The position numbers and the translations under genes were made by a program. The notes under the pieces were generated by a model, which was given only the letters and a program-made list of their open reading frames with translations, made no database searches and was not told where the DNA came from. This document shows positions 62,625 through 64,000 of a DNA stretch of 64,000 nt, one piece after another (within the stretch, counting starts at the first letter, position 1; every line of letters begins with the position of its first letter). Source of the stretch: the human T2T-CHM13v2.0 reference genome, Homo sapiens; NCBI RefSeq assembly GCF_009914755.1, contig NC_060927.1. One strand, 5' to 3'.

Positions 62625-63639
62625 CCTCCCAGAGTCCGAGCATTCTAGAGTTTCCTAACAGTGCAGTTGTCCTGTCTGAAATGTTTACATTGGGGAAAAA
62701 ATGAACCCCTGCTGTGATTTTATTTCCCCACAGGCTCTAGGGGTCTTTTCATAGCCGCAAGGCATCATCACAGCTTCCCAAGGACTAGGGTGTTTATGTG
62801 TGCACAGAAACCACACTGCAAAGGGTCAGGTCCTCTCCTTTGTACCCTAAGGTGTAGAGAAAGCTGGACCTCAAAACTGATGTCACCTGTAAGAACAGTT
62901 TTTGCTTTGGTTCTGGCTTTTTCTTTTCCTTCTTCCTTGAGAGGGCTTACTATGTTGCTGTTAGTTTTCTCCCAGCATTCATTCACTCTAGCAAAATCTG
63001 GCTACATATCAGTTTGTAGAAAATGGGCACAATTCTAGGAATAGCTGTCCTAATGTGTTAGCTCAATGCCGTGGATGCGTCAACAATGGCTGGTAGCTGC
63101 CACCAGTTGACCTGAACTTTATGTGGTTTTTCTTTTTTTTTTTTTTTTGGTTTTTCCTTAGATGAGAACTACTGTTTGCTAGAGCTGAGATAAAACCATT
63201 TCAATTAGAACCTTGTATCAGAATATAATTACTCCTCCCAGAGATAGAGTCCTGGCCTGAAAAGTGAGTACAAAAAATAAATAGGGACAAATAGAAGGAG
63301 AATGATTACTGGTACAAGGTAGATGGAATGGTAACTCACTTTATTCTCAATGATGTTATACAAATCAAATAAAACTCTATTCCCATTTATTTTATTTTAG
63401 CCGAGTATTCTTGTCCAAAATGAAAATCAGATGTTTTTCTTCTTTTTCATTTTTTTCCAAAGCAAATGGTTACAAACACTTACTTAATATAATTTACTGG
63501 AGCTTTTTTCTGAAAGAACATTTATGTTAACTTTCTTTTATGCATGTAGTAACTTTTGATCAAAACATGACTCCACTCCCTTGTTTAATGTTGAGCATCT
63601 GGATTAAAGGCTTCTTTTAATCTTAAATACAGATTATGG

Positions 63640-63830
63640 CCCTCTTTCCCTTTAAGCAAACTGCCATAAAACCCTGGCACCTTTCCAGTTTTCCTTATTA
63701 AAGCCCTCTTTATTACAGTGTTTTCCGATGGCAGTCATTAAATGATTGTTATGCACAATGGGCACTTGATTATAATTATTTAACTGGCAATCAGTTATTG
63801 CAGCAATTTGGTGGTGTAATTAAAAGGGAG
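63640..63830. promoter_or_regulatory. Candidate intronic enhancer / conserved non-coding element
   Basis: No recognisable repeat; dense TAAT/ATTA, ATTGTT and ACAATG motifs. Confidence 0.4.
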
Positions 63831-64000
63831 CATGTTTGTACCTGCCAGCATCTTTGAGATCTTCGGCTCTGGATGAAGCAGGAGAGGCAGAACATAAACA
63901 AATGGACGGAAGAATCAAGCACTTCTGTGAATGGAATCTTTTATTCCTCGCCCATCTGATTCTTGGCTGCTTTGTTCCATAAGGTAGATGAACAACGATG

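Overview
Primate (almost certainly human) genomic DNA, nearly all intronic. The only supportable coding feature is a 123-nt, phase 0-0 internal exon at 13491-13613 (+) encoding [42 protein letters not shown] recognise this from memory as the penultimate coding exon of ATG7, the autophagy E1-like enzyme, just before the terminal IWDMSDDETI. The window therefore covers the end of one ATG7 intron and about 50 kb of the long last coding intron. The rest is transposon-derived: about 38 Alu/FLAM/FRAM copies (one a pristine AluYa5), old L1/L2/MIR fragments, a near-complete Tigger1, Tigger3a/b, MER1B, and THE1, MLT1 and ERVL-type solo LTRs. Best leads: (i) several routes to an alternative ATG7 C-terminus (donor read-through plus cryptic acceptors at 29833, 37042, 33213 and 63849); (ii) inverted Alus bracketing the symmetric, stop-free exon (circRNA or skipping); (iii) a twin-hairpin small-RNA-like retro-insert at 23168; (iv) a 29-bp fold-back hairpin made from L1 at 3198; (v) a repeat-free, enhancer-like block with SOX/POU-like motifs near 63.7 kb. 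Repeat families and boundaries were assigned by eye and are approximate. No prokaryotic-type system or CRISPR array is present, and I cannot claim a confirmed novel system.
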